62,476 bases of DNA, taken from Amoeboaphelidium protococcarum X5. Lineage: Eukaryota > Fungi > Aphelidiomycota. The notes under the pieces were generated by a model. It ran no database searches and was not told the DNA's origin. It was given only the letters and a program-made list of their open reading frames with translations. Both the position numbers and the translations under genes were made by a program. This document shows positions 1-13,609 of this stretch, in pieces. Position 1 is the first letter of the stretch, and each line of letters begins with the position of its first letter. Location: positions 715,381-777,856 of the forward strand of contig JALDTO010000235.1 in assembly GCA_023515725.1 (NCBI GenBank), in the 5' to 3' direction.

Positions 1-106
1 GGGGAAAGTTATTCGGCCCGATCGGGCTCGCTTATTCGGCCCAATCCTATTCGGCCCAACAGTGAAACAAGAGACAATGGTTATTCGGCCCATATATTCA
101 GCACCA
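1..106 (+). repeat. Left TIR of MULE, with four TATTCGGCCC subrepeats
   Basis: TATTCGGCCC at ~10, 33, 48 and 82; inverted copy at 3841-3946. Confidence 0.92.
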
Positions 107-137
107 AAAAACAAAATTTATTCATACACTCTCGATA

Positions 138-3100
138 TCACTTAGATTAAGACTTTTGCTTCTTATTTCTTAATTTTTCACCTGCGGCTGCATATCTCGT
201 CTTTTTCCGTACGTTATTGCGTGGCCTACCTTTGCAAGGCTGACTGCCATCTGGTAGGCGGATCTCTTCATTCTCTTACTCCGTGATTTAGTCAGCTTCT
301 GCCTCAGATTCTACAACGTGAGAGGAATTTTTCTCCTGTGGGCGCATAGACTACTCTTGCGATGCTGCAACCTGGTTCAACGCCTTTAAAGTCAGCTTTT
401 TCCCCTTTATTGTACGAGCTTTATCATGAATGTTGACGAACACGCCGTGCATGTCCCGATCCAGCATCTTTTTCTCTTTTCTTGCAATATCCTCGTCCCC
501 GAGAATTGGACGCGTCTCTTCGTGCCCAGCTGCAACAACTTTACAATACAAGTTCTCCATCGTCACTTCTGGCATGCTGTCTGAACTCTATTTACTAAAT
601 ACACGATACTCGGTTGGCTACTATTTATACCATCTTGGTTTGTACAAAGCTAGAGGTACAATCTACGCATGGACATCATTTATGTACCAAGCAAAATAAT
701 GCCTGCATGGGATGCCATATGTGACTGGCATGCAGCACGAGCATTATATCGAGAAGTCTGTGGAAATTACTAATTTTGCTCTGCTATTAGGAGGGATAAT
801 ACTCTACACCCACACAATTCTACTCCCAGTCTCGTTCTAGATGGTTTATGGTGTTGGTGACGCATTAGTATCAAGAAATAGGTCATAGTGTACAGAGTCT
901 AAGCTAGAGCCTTGAACACCAACTAATTCCTGAGCATCGCCTACAGCTATGCTCTCGTCAGCCAGTCTGTACTCTGCCACTCCTCGATACATTTATGCTA
1001 AGGTCTAAGCGAACGCAAATGTGCTTAGATTATCCTACAGATAAACCATCAGGTCTTCACCGTAATAACGACTGAGTCTCTCCAATTCACTGCTGTTATT
1101 TGCCACGCGTGACTAAGTCCAAGTACTGGATTACTCGAGGCCCTGAGCAAAAGATAACTTGCTTATCTATTCAATGGAATTAACTAAGGTGGTTTTGCCG
1201 TTTGCCACTTTCCTAACTTGGCTATTGAAAGATTCAGCGATGGATGACGCGCTCATGTCCATGTTAAAATAATGCATTTGATAACACTTGACCCACAGTG
1301 CCCATGTGTCTCGACCAAGTTGTTCGTTCATATACTGCTCCATGATTGGGAATTCCTGGAGTAGGCGATGCCAGCGACGATTAAAGTCATCTGCACTAAG
1401 TGAGTAACGCATCGACGTGAAGTTTGCCAGAAATCTAGCTCTCTGCACCTTGTCTTTTATTCTGATGGAGCTACTCTTTACATTCTGCAATATGTGCCAA
1501 AAGCACAATGCGTGGTTTACTCCGTCATATTCCTTTAATGAACGCTGCAGAGCTAAATCCTTGTCAGAGTAAACAGTCTAAGGATACCAACTACTGTTGG
1601 TTACCATCCAATTTAAGAACCAGCTAAAATCCTCCGACGTCTCTCTTTCCACTAATGCAGCTGCACCAAGACGGATCTTACCTTCTCTATCCACGACTAC
1701 CACTGCAACCAATGGCATGTTAAGACTGTTCTTTTTGTCGGTGGAATCAATGGTAATCATGTCGCCGTACAGTTGGAGATTTTGCCTCATTGCTGGCGTC
1801 ATCCAACAGATCCTTCGTATCACATTCTACTCCTTGTACAGACCATGTACCCATTGCCCCTCTGCAGTCTTCTCCTGCAAGTATTACAACAAACTCTTAG
1901 AGGTGTCACCCTCTGTTTAACACTATGGAAGTCTCCTTATATAATTTTGGACTTACTGATAATCCCAGTTCTAATCTCTATACTTGACGCGTAAAACTTA
2001 AAGTACTACTGCAGGAGACTAGCCTGCCTATATCAACGCTATGATATCTTATTCTATCTGAGGTTATAATTGCGCGGATTCCTTCATCTTGGCTCGTTTC
2101 ACGTATGGATTTAACTCAATAGCCGCTAAAGACTACGACTGGTGATTGTGGTTTAAATGGAAGCTCTGTGGGCAGACTCTGCCATTTCTAAAGACGAAAG
2201 TGCCTCTCCAAAGGCAGTTGGTCTTTTTGGAGAGCTTATTGCGTTGAGAAAATCCATCATCCTTGAGTACTCTAGTCGGTTTTCCGGCCTTTTAGCATTT
2301 AAGCCTCAAGTGACTAGCAGTCTTCTCATGTTTAACAATCACCCCAATGAGTTTTACCATCTCTAAGTATACTCCATAGCCTACTCCATCGAATCAAAGG
2401 ATTTATTCATAAAATCTTCATCATCTTCCTACTCACCAGTCCTGACTGAATCCGCCTTAGTAGACTCAATCATTGATTCTTCCGGACGGCAATTCGCGGT
2501 CGTACTCTTCTTCGACTCAGCAACTTCGAGCTGTTTGACAAATGGATTACTGTTGGATACAACATTAGCAAAGCTTACTTCATTTTTGGAAGCATCAAAT
2601 CTGACTACAATCTCAAAGCTTTGAGAGACGTGACTATGAAAGAATGGCGTTGGGTTGAGTTTACTTTCACCAAAGCTTTACTTCTATACTGTACTAGGCC
2701 TGCCATTCATGCCGGTCTCCTCACTTTACGCGTCATCATCCTGGCTTAAAACAGAGAACCGATTACTTTTGATGACCGAAGACTGAAATATACTCTCTTA
2801 ATACGTATACACTACTTTGGCAGGAGTTTTGGGAGCCACCACATGGTTAGTCTTATGCTATGAAGATGATCTGCACGCGTCCTTTTACTCTACTGCATTA
2901 CTTTCAGCTTTATCGTTTTGAGAATTATTTTGGTCCACTTAAGAAGTCATGGAAGACATAACAGATTTCTGATCAGATGCAGCACTCATTTCTTCATCGG
3001 CGGAGACAGGTCTCTTGACGGCTGAAGATTGCGAAGGATTAGTCTACTCTGGCATAGCCAATAACGGGCTCTCTTTCTACTTGAGTTTCTCTTCTCGTTT

Positions 3101-3820
3101 TTGGTAGTAATTCTAAAAGGCCTGGAGTGACACTTTCAATTCCGCGTCGGAGAGTCCTGCATCCTTCATCGCTGCATACGAATCTGCATTGGGTAATTCG
3201 TCCTTGAAGTCGGTATACTTCGATTACGCGTCCCAGAAGTCTTTCCAACCTGGAAGCAATGCCCTTCTTGAGCTCTTATGGCCCTATAGAATTGCATTTG
3301 AAGGAAGTACGCTGATATTACTCAAAGATATGAAGTGATTGGCATTGCTTGGAGTGGACCAGGCAATGTGAAGGGTCTTTAAGTCCTGCAGCTTTAATCC
3401 CTTAGAGTCTTGAACATATCTCTTTGGAATAAAGGTGCATCCTCCGCTATTACTGATTATTTTATCTTCTACCTTCACAATTTAATCGTGTAGGGCTATA
3501 ATGACACCTAACGCATTGGCAATTGCAGCTATATGGAACTGTGCCAAGTATACACCATCAGTTTCAAGACTACGCACTAATTCTAGATATTCCCCCTATG
3601 AGTGCTCATACCTCATGTCACAATAGACACTCTTATTGTCTTTTACTTCTTTCAATGATAAGTTCTTTACCTTCTTCCACTTCTTCTCCGTACCATACAT
3701 GCTGTATGATATCGCTCTGGATAAGCAATTACCATCTCCTAAAGGATCATAAGTGATAATACTGTCTAGAATATCTGAACTTAAATAAATATTGACAAAT
3801 GATGCAGATTTATTATTCAT
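138..3820 (-). CDS. MULE transposase with N-terminal OTU-like cysteine protease, FAR1-type Zn finger, DDE core and SWIM finger; one frameshift at ~2342-2345
   Basis: Code-6 translation: GDGNCLSRAIS...NHFISL (OTU); C...SKKTNC...HNH (FAR1/WRKY-like); ITIDST, YSDKD, CFWH, AESFN (MULE D, D, CxxH, E); CSCCMPVTYGIPCRH (SWIM); KGRPR near the C-terminus; TGA at 138-140. The frame changes in a G4 run (TTG GGG TGA vs GGG GTG ATT). Confidence 0.88.
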
Positions 3821-3840
3821 ATTGGTCACTATAGAATAGT

Positions 3841-3946
3841 TGGTGCTGAATAAAAGGGCCGAATAGCTATTGTTTCACGTTTCACTTCGGGGCTGAATAG
3901 GATTGGGCCGAATAAGCGAGCCCGATCGGGCCAAATACTTTTTCCC
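3841..3946 (-). repeat. Right TIR of MULE
   Basis: Reverse complement of 1-106 with scattered mismatches. Confidence 0.92.
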
Positions 3947-4039
3947 TTAAATTAAAAGATTGAAACAAGAATTAAAACATAATCAGCATCATTAATAATA
4001 TTTCGTAGTCACCACTAAATTTAAATTAATTCAATTAAT

Positions 4040-4528
4040 TCACATAACAGCCATGATGATCATGGAGACTGCAGACAAGGAGGCAGACACGATCGCAGAT
4101 TGGGCGGCATCAGAGGACTTCAAGGAGCAGCGTCCCATCTCTGGGTCCTTGCCCTTGGAGTCAATGACACAGGTAAGGCCAGTATCACAGCTGGTGGAAT
4201 TCTCAGCAGTACACTTGGATCCAATGCTACCAGCAGACTTGTTGTCATCAGAATCCTTGGTGGAATTTGATGACTTGGTAGAGTTTTTGGAATCAGACAT
4301 GGTACCGTTGGTGGTCATGTTGTTGCCGCTGCCAAAATCCAGAGAGGAGTCACCAGTGGAGTTGGATCCTCCAGTAGCGGCGCCACCACCACCAGTAACA
4401 CCACCCACAGATGGAGTAGATACGGCTGGAGTAGTGGCGTTTCCACCAGTGGCTCCAGTGACGGCTCCCAGATTTTAAGCAAACGCGACAGATGCAATGC
4501 AGCTACAGATTAAAGCAGTAAATTTCAT
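4040..4528 (-). CDS. Small secreted Gly/Ser/Thr-rich, probably GPI-anchored surface protein with a 4-Cys module
   Basis: MKFTALICSCIASVAFA signal peptide, in-frame TAA (Gln), low-complexity stalk, CTAENSTSCDTGLTC...GRC, hydrophobic C-terminal tail after SSDAA. Confidence 0.75.
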
Positions 4529-4996
4529 TTTATTAAACAATGAATACAGGTAAATAAATCAATAATTATTAGAATTGGATAATTAATTAATTGTAGTAAA
4601 GAGGAGTAAAAGAGATGGTTGGATGTCCATCGATTAAATCCCTTATGGATTACGTCTGAGCACCACTGCTATTGGTTGATCATTGAACACAAAGATCACC
4701 AGCGTGACACAGAGTAACTAGTGAGCCGTCAAGATGCGACGCGTGATATATCGTTACTTTAGACCGTTGAGCTGACTACGTAATGATTAAGAGTAGAGAT
4801 GAAGGACTGACAGTAGTCAAAATAGTAAAAGCTGTAAGTAACTGAAAGTGTAGTTTAAGTGATTGCACCTATTCCAAACTTAGAGCACCACAGAAAATTA
4901 AGCAATGTAAACACTCAAATTACAGATAAAATCTTGATCATTTTCACAAATGTTATGGTAAATAAGACCATTCGAGACTATTAGTCCTTACAAAGA

Positions 4997-5799
<803 letters not shown>

Positions 5800-6143
5800 T
5801 TATTTTAATACTAGTTAATGCTGTTGTTACTTGGCAATACAAAAGTCCGCGAAACTTGAATGAATAACAGTGGGAAGTGTAACAAGGAAATAATGAGCCT
5901 CTCTCTCTCTCGCTTCAAATTCTTTCTCAAAATCGTGTACGTTCAGCTCTTCTCTCTCTCTGTCGTCGCTCTTTCGCTCTTTAATTCGTTCTTTTAGTCT
6001 TTTGCTCTTGTATTTGCTCGTTCTACCTCCCTCTCTTTGCCTTCCCGTCTGGATTATTCAGTTTGCTTTTGAGTGTCGATCGGTAATTATTGAATTTGTA
6101 AACAGTGTCCCTTGATAGGATTGCAGATTTAGAGTGAATTACA

Positions 6144-7469
6144 ATGAATACTTCACATGCTACGTCGAGTGGAGTGAGAACGTAAAAGAAAAAGAAGCCA
6201 AGCACTCGATCGCTCCCATTCAAGCATGAGGGATATGAGAATCTAGTGAAGATGGAGCACCGTCTAGACCATATTCTTACCAGGAAGCGATTAGATTTTC
6301 AGGAAGCTTTGGGTAAGTTGGTGAAATAGAAGAGAACTCTGAGATTCTTCATAAGCAATACTGCGCAGTATTAGAATCCCGGCAATGTGTATGGTGAGAT
6401 GACTGCTGGCGAAGAGCCATCTTGGACGCTAAAAGTGGAAGGACGTTTGTTGAGTGATGGTAAAGGTTACTCTTAGAGTGCTCCTGTGAAGAAGATGACA
6501 CACTTTGTCAAGCAGGTTGTTATTGAATTATAGCCTGGGACTTAATAATAGTAGCAGTAATCTGCTTCTGATAAACAGAATAATGTCAACAATAATAATA
6601 ATAACACTGTGGTTTGGAGAAAATAGCCTGGTGAGCCTGACTCTGATGGATTCGAGTTGAAGCGACTTGGAAGTGAAGAGCTATAATGCAGATTACACAT
6701 TTATCTGGACTATGGAACTGATAAATTCAGATTATCACCAGAGCTGGCGCGTCTCCTCAATCTTCATACTGAGAGTCGCACTGCAGTCATTTTAGCATTG
6801 TGGTAGTACATAAAGAGCTAGCATCTGTTGGACCCATCTGATCCTCGTGTCATTAACTGTGATGCTTAGTTGAGAAAGCTATTCGGTGGAAGGTAGTAAT
6901 TTACTTTCCCTCAGATCAATGAACTGCTTATGCCACATCTCAGTCCTCCAGATCCAATCTCTATTGATTATCAGATTAAGCTTGATCGTCCGCTGAATAG
7001 AATGGATCATGTGGTGGATGTTGAAGTTGAGTTGGATGACAGTTCCAAGGCGAACATGATGAAGTTTGTGCTTGGTAGTGGGAACTAGAAGGATATTGCT
7101 GCACTTGATGCCCAGATTATAAAGTATATTGGTAAAGTAAATCAGCATTTGGTGAAGAGAGATTTTATGAATGATTTCGCAGAAGATCCAGCCGCGTTTA
7201 TCAATAAGTGGATTGACTCTCAGGCCTATGATTTGGATATTGTTCTGAATGAAGGCAATAGCGGTGAACTTCCTGTCTATAATCGTGAAGTCCTGAGACG
7301 TTCAGCCTTCTACAGAGAGGAGTGGGTCGGTGATGCTGTGTGGAGATGGCTTAATACGGCCCAGGTGTTTGAACATAACAGTTCCATGCATTAGTAACAA
7401 AGCGTTGATGGTGGTGCTGCGGCATTTGGGATTCAATAGCAAAATGTTAATGGAAATGTGAGGAAATGA
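6144..7469 (+). CDS. SWI/SNF BAF60/SMARCD-family SWIB-domain protein
   Basis: RKRLDFQEAL, WTLKVEGRLL, DGFELKR, LSPELARLL...LWQYIK, FAEDPAAFINKWIDSQ; open in code 6 to TGA at 7467-7469. Confidence 0.9.
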
Positions 7470-7545
7470 TTATTAATATTCTTACTTTATACTTGATGAA
7501 TCTTGTTCATTTTATGATAAATTGTTTGGTGGATTTATAGTGTTT

Positions 7546-8679
7546 TCACCGCTTATCCTGCGAAAGCTCCTATAATTTGGGCTCTTGTGGAGAGTCTTGA
7601 GCTGACGTCGATGGTGATTCTTATGAAGATTCCTTATCCAGAAAGGTGATCCACTAATCTATAAGAGATTATTACTGCTGTGAAGTTGGAGAAAGTAATG
7701 TGTCAGCAGTCAATTTTTACGCCTTCATACTTCCTCTCCGTGCCCATGTGCCATTCTGTGCTTGTGTCAAACCAATCTTTAATCTATCACCGTCAGTCAT
7801 ATCCAGGACTCTGGTGATAAGAAGCAGTATCTCGATATCTTTAGAGCTGCTATTACGATCATGCACATCTTGTACTTCAGCTTCCATTAAGCATGAAAAG
7901 TATTTAATCAAAAGATTAGCCAATAGCCGCTTATTAATTGCTTCACCCTCAGACATGAGCCGCAGAGTTTAAATTGCCTTTGGAGCAACAGACTAAGATT
8001 AAGCTTGTGTCAGTTGAGAGCGCAGTTGTACAATCTCCTTCTATTACTAATTGATTTGATTATCAGATTAAATTCGCTGTTCAGTCATGGACTCCCTGCA
8101 TAGACTCAGTTCTGATTCCAATATCTACAGATTCTATTACTACACTTTGACTTGTTACAACAGCGAATGGTTCTGCATTTCAATCTCCTTCTTCTTGGTC
8201 ATTTCCAGAGCTCGCAGAATATCCTAAAGATTCTGTATGAGTGAAGATTTCTCATTACTTTACTCAAGTAATTTTTTATTCTCTTGATCCAACTCATCGT
8301 AAGCCTAATGTGCATCATCCACCTCTTGTCGCAACTGCAAAACTTTAATTGTGGAATCTTGAGATTATAACTGCTGCAGCTGAGATGACAATTTGGCAAC
8401 CTGAGAATTCAACTAGTCTATCATAGCCTCCTGCTGAACCAGTTCATGGGTATGCTACTCTTCGCTATCAATCAAATGCTATTGTAATCGCTCAATGTCT
8501 TTACTCTTTCTATCCAACTACTGCTACAACTAATCAAGTGCTGCGCTTTAAGTCTTGGTATTCACTTGGTCACTATTGAAACCATCTTGAACATTCACAG
8601 AAATATTTTCTTCAACTTAACTTGTAGGCGAATTCTTATCAAAATATTAATATTACAATTTGCCGTCCATCGTTAACAT
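7546..8679 (-). CDS. Coiled-coil golgin with C-terminal GRAB domain (Rud3/GMAP-210-like)
   Basis: Gln/Glu-rich coiled coil, then INKRLLANLLIKYF...ILLLITRVLDMT and SLIDQWITFL. Confidence 0.7.
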
Positions 8680-8838
8680 TAGTTGTTGCTGTTAGAGAGA
8701 AGTTTGTCAAGCTGAATGAACAGAACGCTCTAATAACGAACGAGACGCGTCTTCTAAAGCCTCAATATATTGAAGATATAAAAATGACAACAACTCGACA
8801 GGATATACTCTAGTATTAAATCTCTATTTAAATCAATG

Positions 8839-10065
8839 TCATTATATCCTAGTGTAGAAGAGCATGTATGCCTACTACGACAGAACGGTGGAAAGCTTGA
8901 CTTTACTCACATCAGTGTCATCCATTTAGTACCACATTCCGGATGGGCTTTTAACGTACGAGTAATAGTGGCCAGAGTTTACTGATCCGCCACTGTGTAC
9001 CAACACTGCGAACAGTTGATACTTTGTCCCATTTTATTGAGCAATCCTCTTGGCAAGAGCTGGCGATAGATCCAAAGTCTCTGGGAATGCGACATGTTTC
9101 TTCAACTTCATCATCCCACCAAACGAGCCAAAACCGAACCGCTTCAACTATATCGTCAATACATTAGGCACTTATGAGATGCTCATACTCTTTTACGCGT
9201 TCGTAGTCTTGTTGCACTTCTCACACTTGTAGCTGTTACACCCAGACAAGTCGTCGGCCCTTTTGAATTTTTATAAGGCTCTATCTACTGAAGGGCAATT
9301 AGCAATATCTAGAGTGAGATCAAGCATCGGATCTTTGGTTATACTCTCAGCTCCACAAGAGCCACATTTGACACAGCTCTACATCTGGCCGCCGAATATC
9401 TAAAATATTGGGTTAGTCTGCTTTACAATCTCAGGCAATAATTATGCTGCATACGAATTGATACACGCATTCTGCATAGAATCAAGCAGGAATCTGAGAA
9501 ACTCATGAGCATCTTCCTATCTACCCACGCGCATACTCTTGGCAATGATACGCAGAGCTTTGATGAATGATGGATATATGGGAGACTTGTCATTTGTAAT
9601 CAGTTATCGCTAAATCAGATTATGCATCTAACACATTGAACAGAAGCCATTCGCTCTGCATATCCTTTTATGATCTCCACTGAGCGCAAAGTTGGCCAGT
9701 GGTGGACAGTAAACCAAGCATTAGAGCACCGCGTTCAGGAAGCAGGTATTCCTCGCGTTGTTGAATCCAGAGCCAACAGAGTGAACTTTTGACCAAGTGT
9801 TGACCACTTTGCTGATAGGATATAGCTCTTTCACCGATGGTAATGACGACGCTCTCGCTGATATCTGCGGCTACTCATTGACGTTATTATTCTACTTTAC
9901 CGAAGCCTGACCGCTTTTTAAAGATTTTCCATTCAGCGGTGGGTACTTTTGCTTAATCCTCTTAAATTACTAATCTTAATCTCCATCAACAGCCTCGATA
10001 AATGCGATTCTTCTTTTCAATACACTCTCCAGCTTCCCAGGCTTTTAGAGTAGAGCGTCGAGCAT
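8839..10065 (-). CDS. Ubiquitin-specific protease (USP36/USP42-like, peptidase C19)
   Basis: Cys box [28 protein letters not shown], His box GHYYSYVK...WYQMDD, AYMLFY. Confidence 0.92.
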
Positions 10066-10335
10066 TTTCAGTCTAGCTATTTTGTATTATCAGTTGATGA
10101 TGGATGTAAATGTAGATACCAATAATCTTTTAAAGGAATCACGATTATAGAAAGCGCGCGCGTGACTCTCATTACACGCGACTTTGGTTGTCAAAATGTT
10201 CGCTTAATTTAAAGCGCCCTTTGAAACCTTTTGGCTTGACTCTTTTCTCATTTGTATAAAGCTTTAAACACTCTTTAAATTTTTACTGGATAATTGTGAA
10301 AGAATATACTCGCTTAATTAATTAGTAACGAGAAT

Positions 10336-10773
10336 ATGGAGCGACTGCCTGTTAGAGAGTAATCAATGGAGGAAGCTTATGGCTTGCCAGAGAATTTCCT
10401 CGAGATTGAAGTGCTAAACCCACAGACGCATGGCGATGAGAAGAATTAGAATGCTTTCACAGACTATGAAGTCGTACTCAACACTAATATTCCATCGTTC
10501 AAGTTGAAATCCTCCAAAGTTAGACGTCGTTATAGCGATTTCGAGTGGCTGAGAGATATTTTGGAGAAGGAGGTGCCTCGCGTTAATTTACCTGCACTGC
10601 CTGGCAAAGTGTTTAGAAATCGATTCGATGAAGACATTATTGAGAAGAGACGACACGGTCTGGAGCGGTTCATTTAGATCGTTGCTGGACATCCACTGAT
10701 CTAGACTGGTAGTAAAATGCTTGGTCCATTTCTACAAGATCCAAACTGGAACAAGGATAACTACAGAATATGA
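10336..10773 (+). CDS. SNX3: Sorting nexin-3 (PX domain)
   Basis: [32 protein letters not shown]. Confidence 0.93.
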
Positions 10774-10818
10774 TTTCCATGTCGACAATAATAATGTATT
10801 TATTGTATTTGTGTGCAT

Positions 10819-11540
10819 TCATATCGAGTTATACTTGATAGTTTTAATTGTAATATCGATTCGTATGTCCATATTTCGCGTTCTTTTAGAACTTTAGTAT
10901 GCCTGAGTAAGCAATTTCTTCACAGCATCGTCTTCGACAATTAAAGGACAGGTAAAAGTCATCAAGTTTGCGTCATTACCTGAATGCACTGTGTATTGTC
11001 GCACGTCTTCATAGTAAAGCGAAGTGGCGTCAGTGGTTGTACAGTATATTACCGGGTACTCTAGCAAGTATCCTGATACTATAGTCTCAATCTTGAATTG
11101 TCCAAAACCTATACCTTGTTCACTCAATATTTAGCGTAAATTTATAACATCGTCTGTAGCCGAGGCGAGTAACGCATCATAGAGACATTACTGCAAACGC
11201 GTCAAACTGACTTGGAGTAACGTTTGAGTTGACGCGTCTATGATCAATGGTTATTGTAGCGTTTAAGATATGTCAATGAATATCCTCTATTCATACTCCA
11301 AAGGAGCCAAAGTCTTATTAAGAACGAAATAAACGTCGTCCAGATACATCAATCGCAGATCAGCGTTTAAAAATACATACTCATTAGTCAACAGCTTCTC
11401 ATTTGAGATCTAATCATTTAGATAACATCGCCTTCGTCCTCCACAAACTTGCTATAATTCTACCTATGCGTTTAATGAATACAGTTTGTAGATACCCGTA
11501 CTGACAATTAGGTACCTTAAAGAAATTGGTTCGCTCTCAT
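10819..11540 (-). CDS. Conserved hypothetical protein, UPF0739/DUF4504-like
   Basis: Open code-6 frame containing GGRRRCYLND and SGYLLEYPVIY; the 5' end needs a short putative intron near 11464-11501, so the start is uncertain. Confidence 0.55.
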
Positions 11541-11647
11541 TACAATAATTTAAAGAGCAGATTTAACTCAGGAAATGCTGGTCAAGAGAGAGAGAGAGAG
11601 AAGATTTAAACCTTTATTTTCACATAACCACTATCATCCATTTCGAA

Positions 11648-12442
11648 TCAATAGCCATAAATCAAAACTATCATTCTTAGAATTATAGTAAAGAGTGATA
11701 TTGAGAGTGCCAGAATAGAAAACATAAGAGATTAAGAGTTAATCAACTACGTTAATATCCAAATCACCAAACCAGGTATCAGACAACATACATTCGCGAG
11801 CATTTGACGGTAGTTAACTTAAGTCCTCATCATTATGAAAAACAGTGGGATCATCTGAGGCGCAAAATTCTAGTCACGACCATACAGGCGGACTTCACTT
11901 CGTAATGAAGCGTCCACCTTTGAATTTCCACAACAGCAAGTTGGCGTAACTAGACTCACAGTTCCTATAGCTTTCTCGGAAGCAACAGGAGCCTAAGTTA
12001 CGTGCAATACTTCATACTCCACGTTTAATCCGCGTCCATTCAATCTACGCAGCTTACAGTATGTTCCGTCAGCAAATTCCATTTGTACCACTGGGACAAA
12101 GCGGCTAAATCTGACACGCATGACTATATTTGATGCCCATGGACCAGATATATTGCTCACATGACAGTGGAGTACAGGAACGCTAGACTATCCTTGATGC
12201 TCGCTGATGGTATAATTGTACATTGATCCGGAGAGAGTTAACCAAATTTTGCTTTAATGTCCTTCTGGTGAATTTTTGTCAAACCATTCAAAGTTGTAAC
12301 TTAATATTCGACGTTTGCTACTGATGTACTTCTTCCCAGAGTATACTACACGGACTAGCCTATCCTCTCCCTAATTTGAAGCAATGTAGAGAGAATTTCG
12401 GCCAGCAGTCTGAAGCACATTATCGGTTTATCTTCTCTCCAT
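11648..12442 (-). CDS. Uncharacterised 264-aa protein with C-terminal hydrophobic helices; paralog of 12809-13609
   Basis: Open in code 6; shares EFADGTYCKLRRLNGRGLNVEYEVLH...IGT...SEVRLY...IPLF with its neighbour. Confidence 0.8.
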
Positions 12443-12808
12443 CTCAGTCTTATCGATCTTCAGGGTACTGTGTAACAGGATGGCCTTTTGAATGAGGTAA
12501 ACACAGCTAGACAAGTTGAGACAATGCTTACTGAGAGTATACGAAGTAAAGCCGGTCACTCGTTAGACTGAGTGCATTATTACTCATTAGCAACGCGTAC
12601 TGTACATAATTATAGTAATCAAGTCAATTATAGATTTGTTGTCATTGAATGGTATCCAGGACGAATGTAAAATGTAAAGGATCGGCAAATCTGAAACAAA
12701 CGCGACTCCCTGAAACAACAATCGTCATCGATGGGCGTTTCATGTTCACCCATTGAATGTCAAATTACAAATCAGTTACAATATAGATCAGATCTAGTTT
12801 CTTTCTAT

Positions 12809-13609
12809 TCAATAACTAACAAAATACACGATCATCCTCACTAAAAGCATAAAAAGTGGCGCTACAGCATCCAAAATCTTGACTTCTAACAATCCTGAAT
12901 TGATTGCCTTCGTTATAGTCAACAACCAAATTATACCTGCTGGAAGTCCGCATACACCGTTGGCTATCATTAGCCGAATCTACTGCTAAGCTTGTGCCAT
13001 AGTATAGAACAAAGGTATCAACTAGAATGAAAAATTTGAAGCACTACTATACAGGCGTATTTCGCTTACCAAAGCCTCTTCTTTTACCCCTCCACAATAA
13101 CATCCAGTCTGTGTTATCATACTGATCGTGCCAATTACTTGCTCAGTAGCAACAGGAGACTTTACAATGTGCAATATTTCATATTCAACATTTAATCCTC
13201 TGCCTTTAAATCTTCGCAGCTAGCAGACAGATCCGTCACTAAATTCCAATTGAGTATAAGGCACACATCGCGCGTAACGTGTACGGAGATTGATGTCCTA
13301 AGCCCAAGTACCAGAGATCTTATTGGATTAAAAGTTGAGCACATTGATATCAGTGTCTTCCTGCACCTCCTGAACTGAAAAATTTCTGGGTTATCCAGTC
13401 AGTTGCAACCAAGTCTTATACTTCATTCCATCAGGCACATTATGATCAAACAACTTGAAATAGTATGTATTAGAAAAATTGCCAAACTTTCGTTTCTACT
13501 TTGTATCTATGACGCGTACGATTGTATCATTAAGATTTGGATTCGCGTTTACGTTGGACACATTACCATTGGAGACTTCAATTACTTTGTGATCAAAATC
13601 TTCTTCCAT
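12809..13609 (-). CDS. Uncharacterised 266-aa protein with C-terminal hydrophobic helices; paralog of 11648-12442
   Basis: Open in code 6; EFSDGSVCQLRRFKGRGLNVEYEILH...IGT...SEIRLY...IPLF. Confidence 0.8.

Larger units (their letters stand above)
1..3946. mobile_element. Mutator-like DNA transposon (MULE) with ~106-bp terminal inverted repeats
   Basis: 1-106 is the imperfect reverse complement of 3841-3946 (GGGGAAAGTTATTCGGCCCGATCGGGCTCGC... vs ...GCGAGCCCGATCGGGCCAAATACTTTTTCCC). The repeats enclose a MULE transposase ORF. The right flank TTAAATTAA (3947-3955) is a candidate 9-bp TSD; the left flank is outside the window. Confidence 0.93.

Noticed and set aside
10-91. Spaced TATTCGGCCC repeats as a CRISPR-like array
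   Set aside because: Only 10 bp long, irregularly spaced, mirrored at 3841-3946, eukaryotic context and no cas genes; they are TIR subrepeats.
5895-6045. CT/GA-rich tracts in divergent intergenic regions (also ~11585, ~25290)
   Set aside because: Probably promoter-associated low-complexity sequence, but no specific element can be supported from sequence alone.
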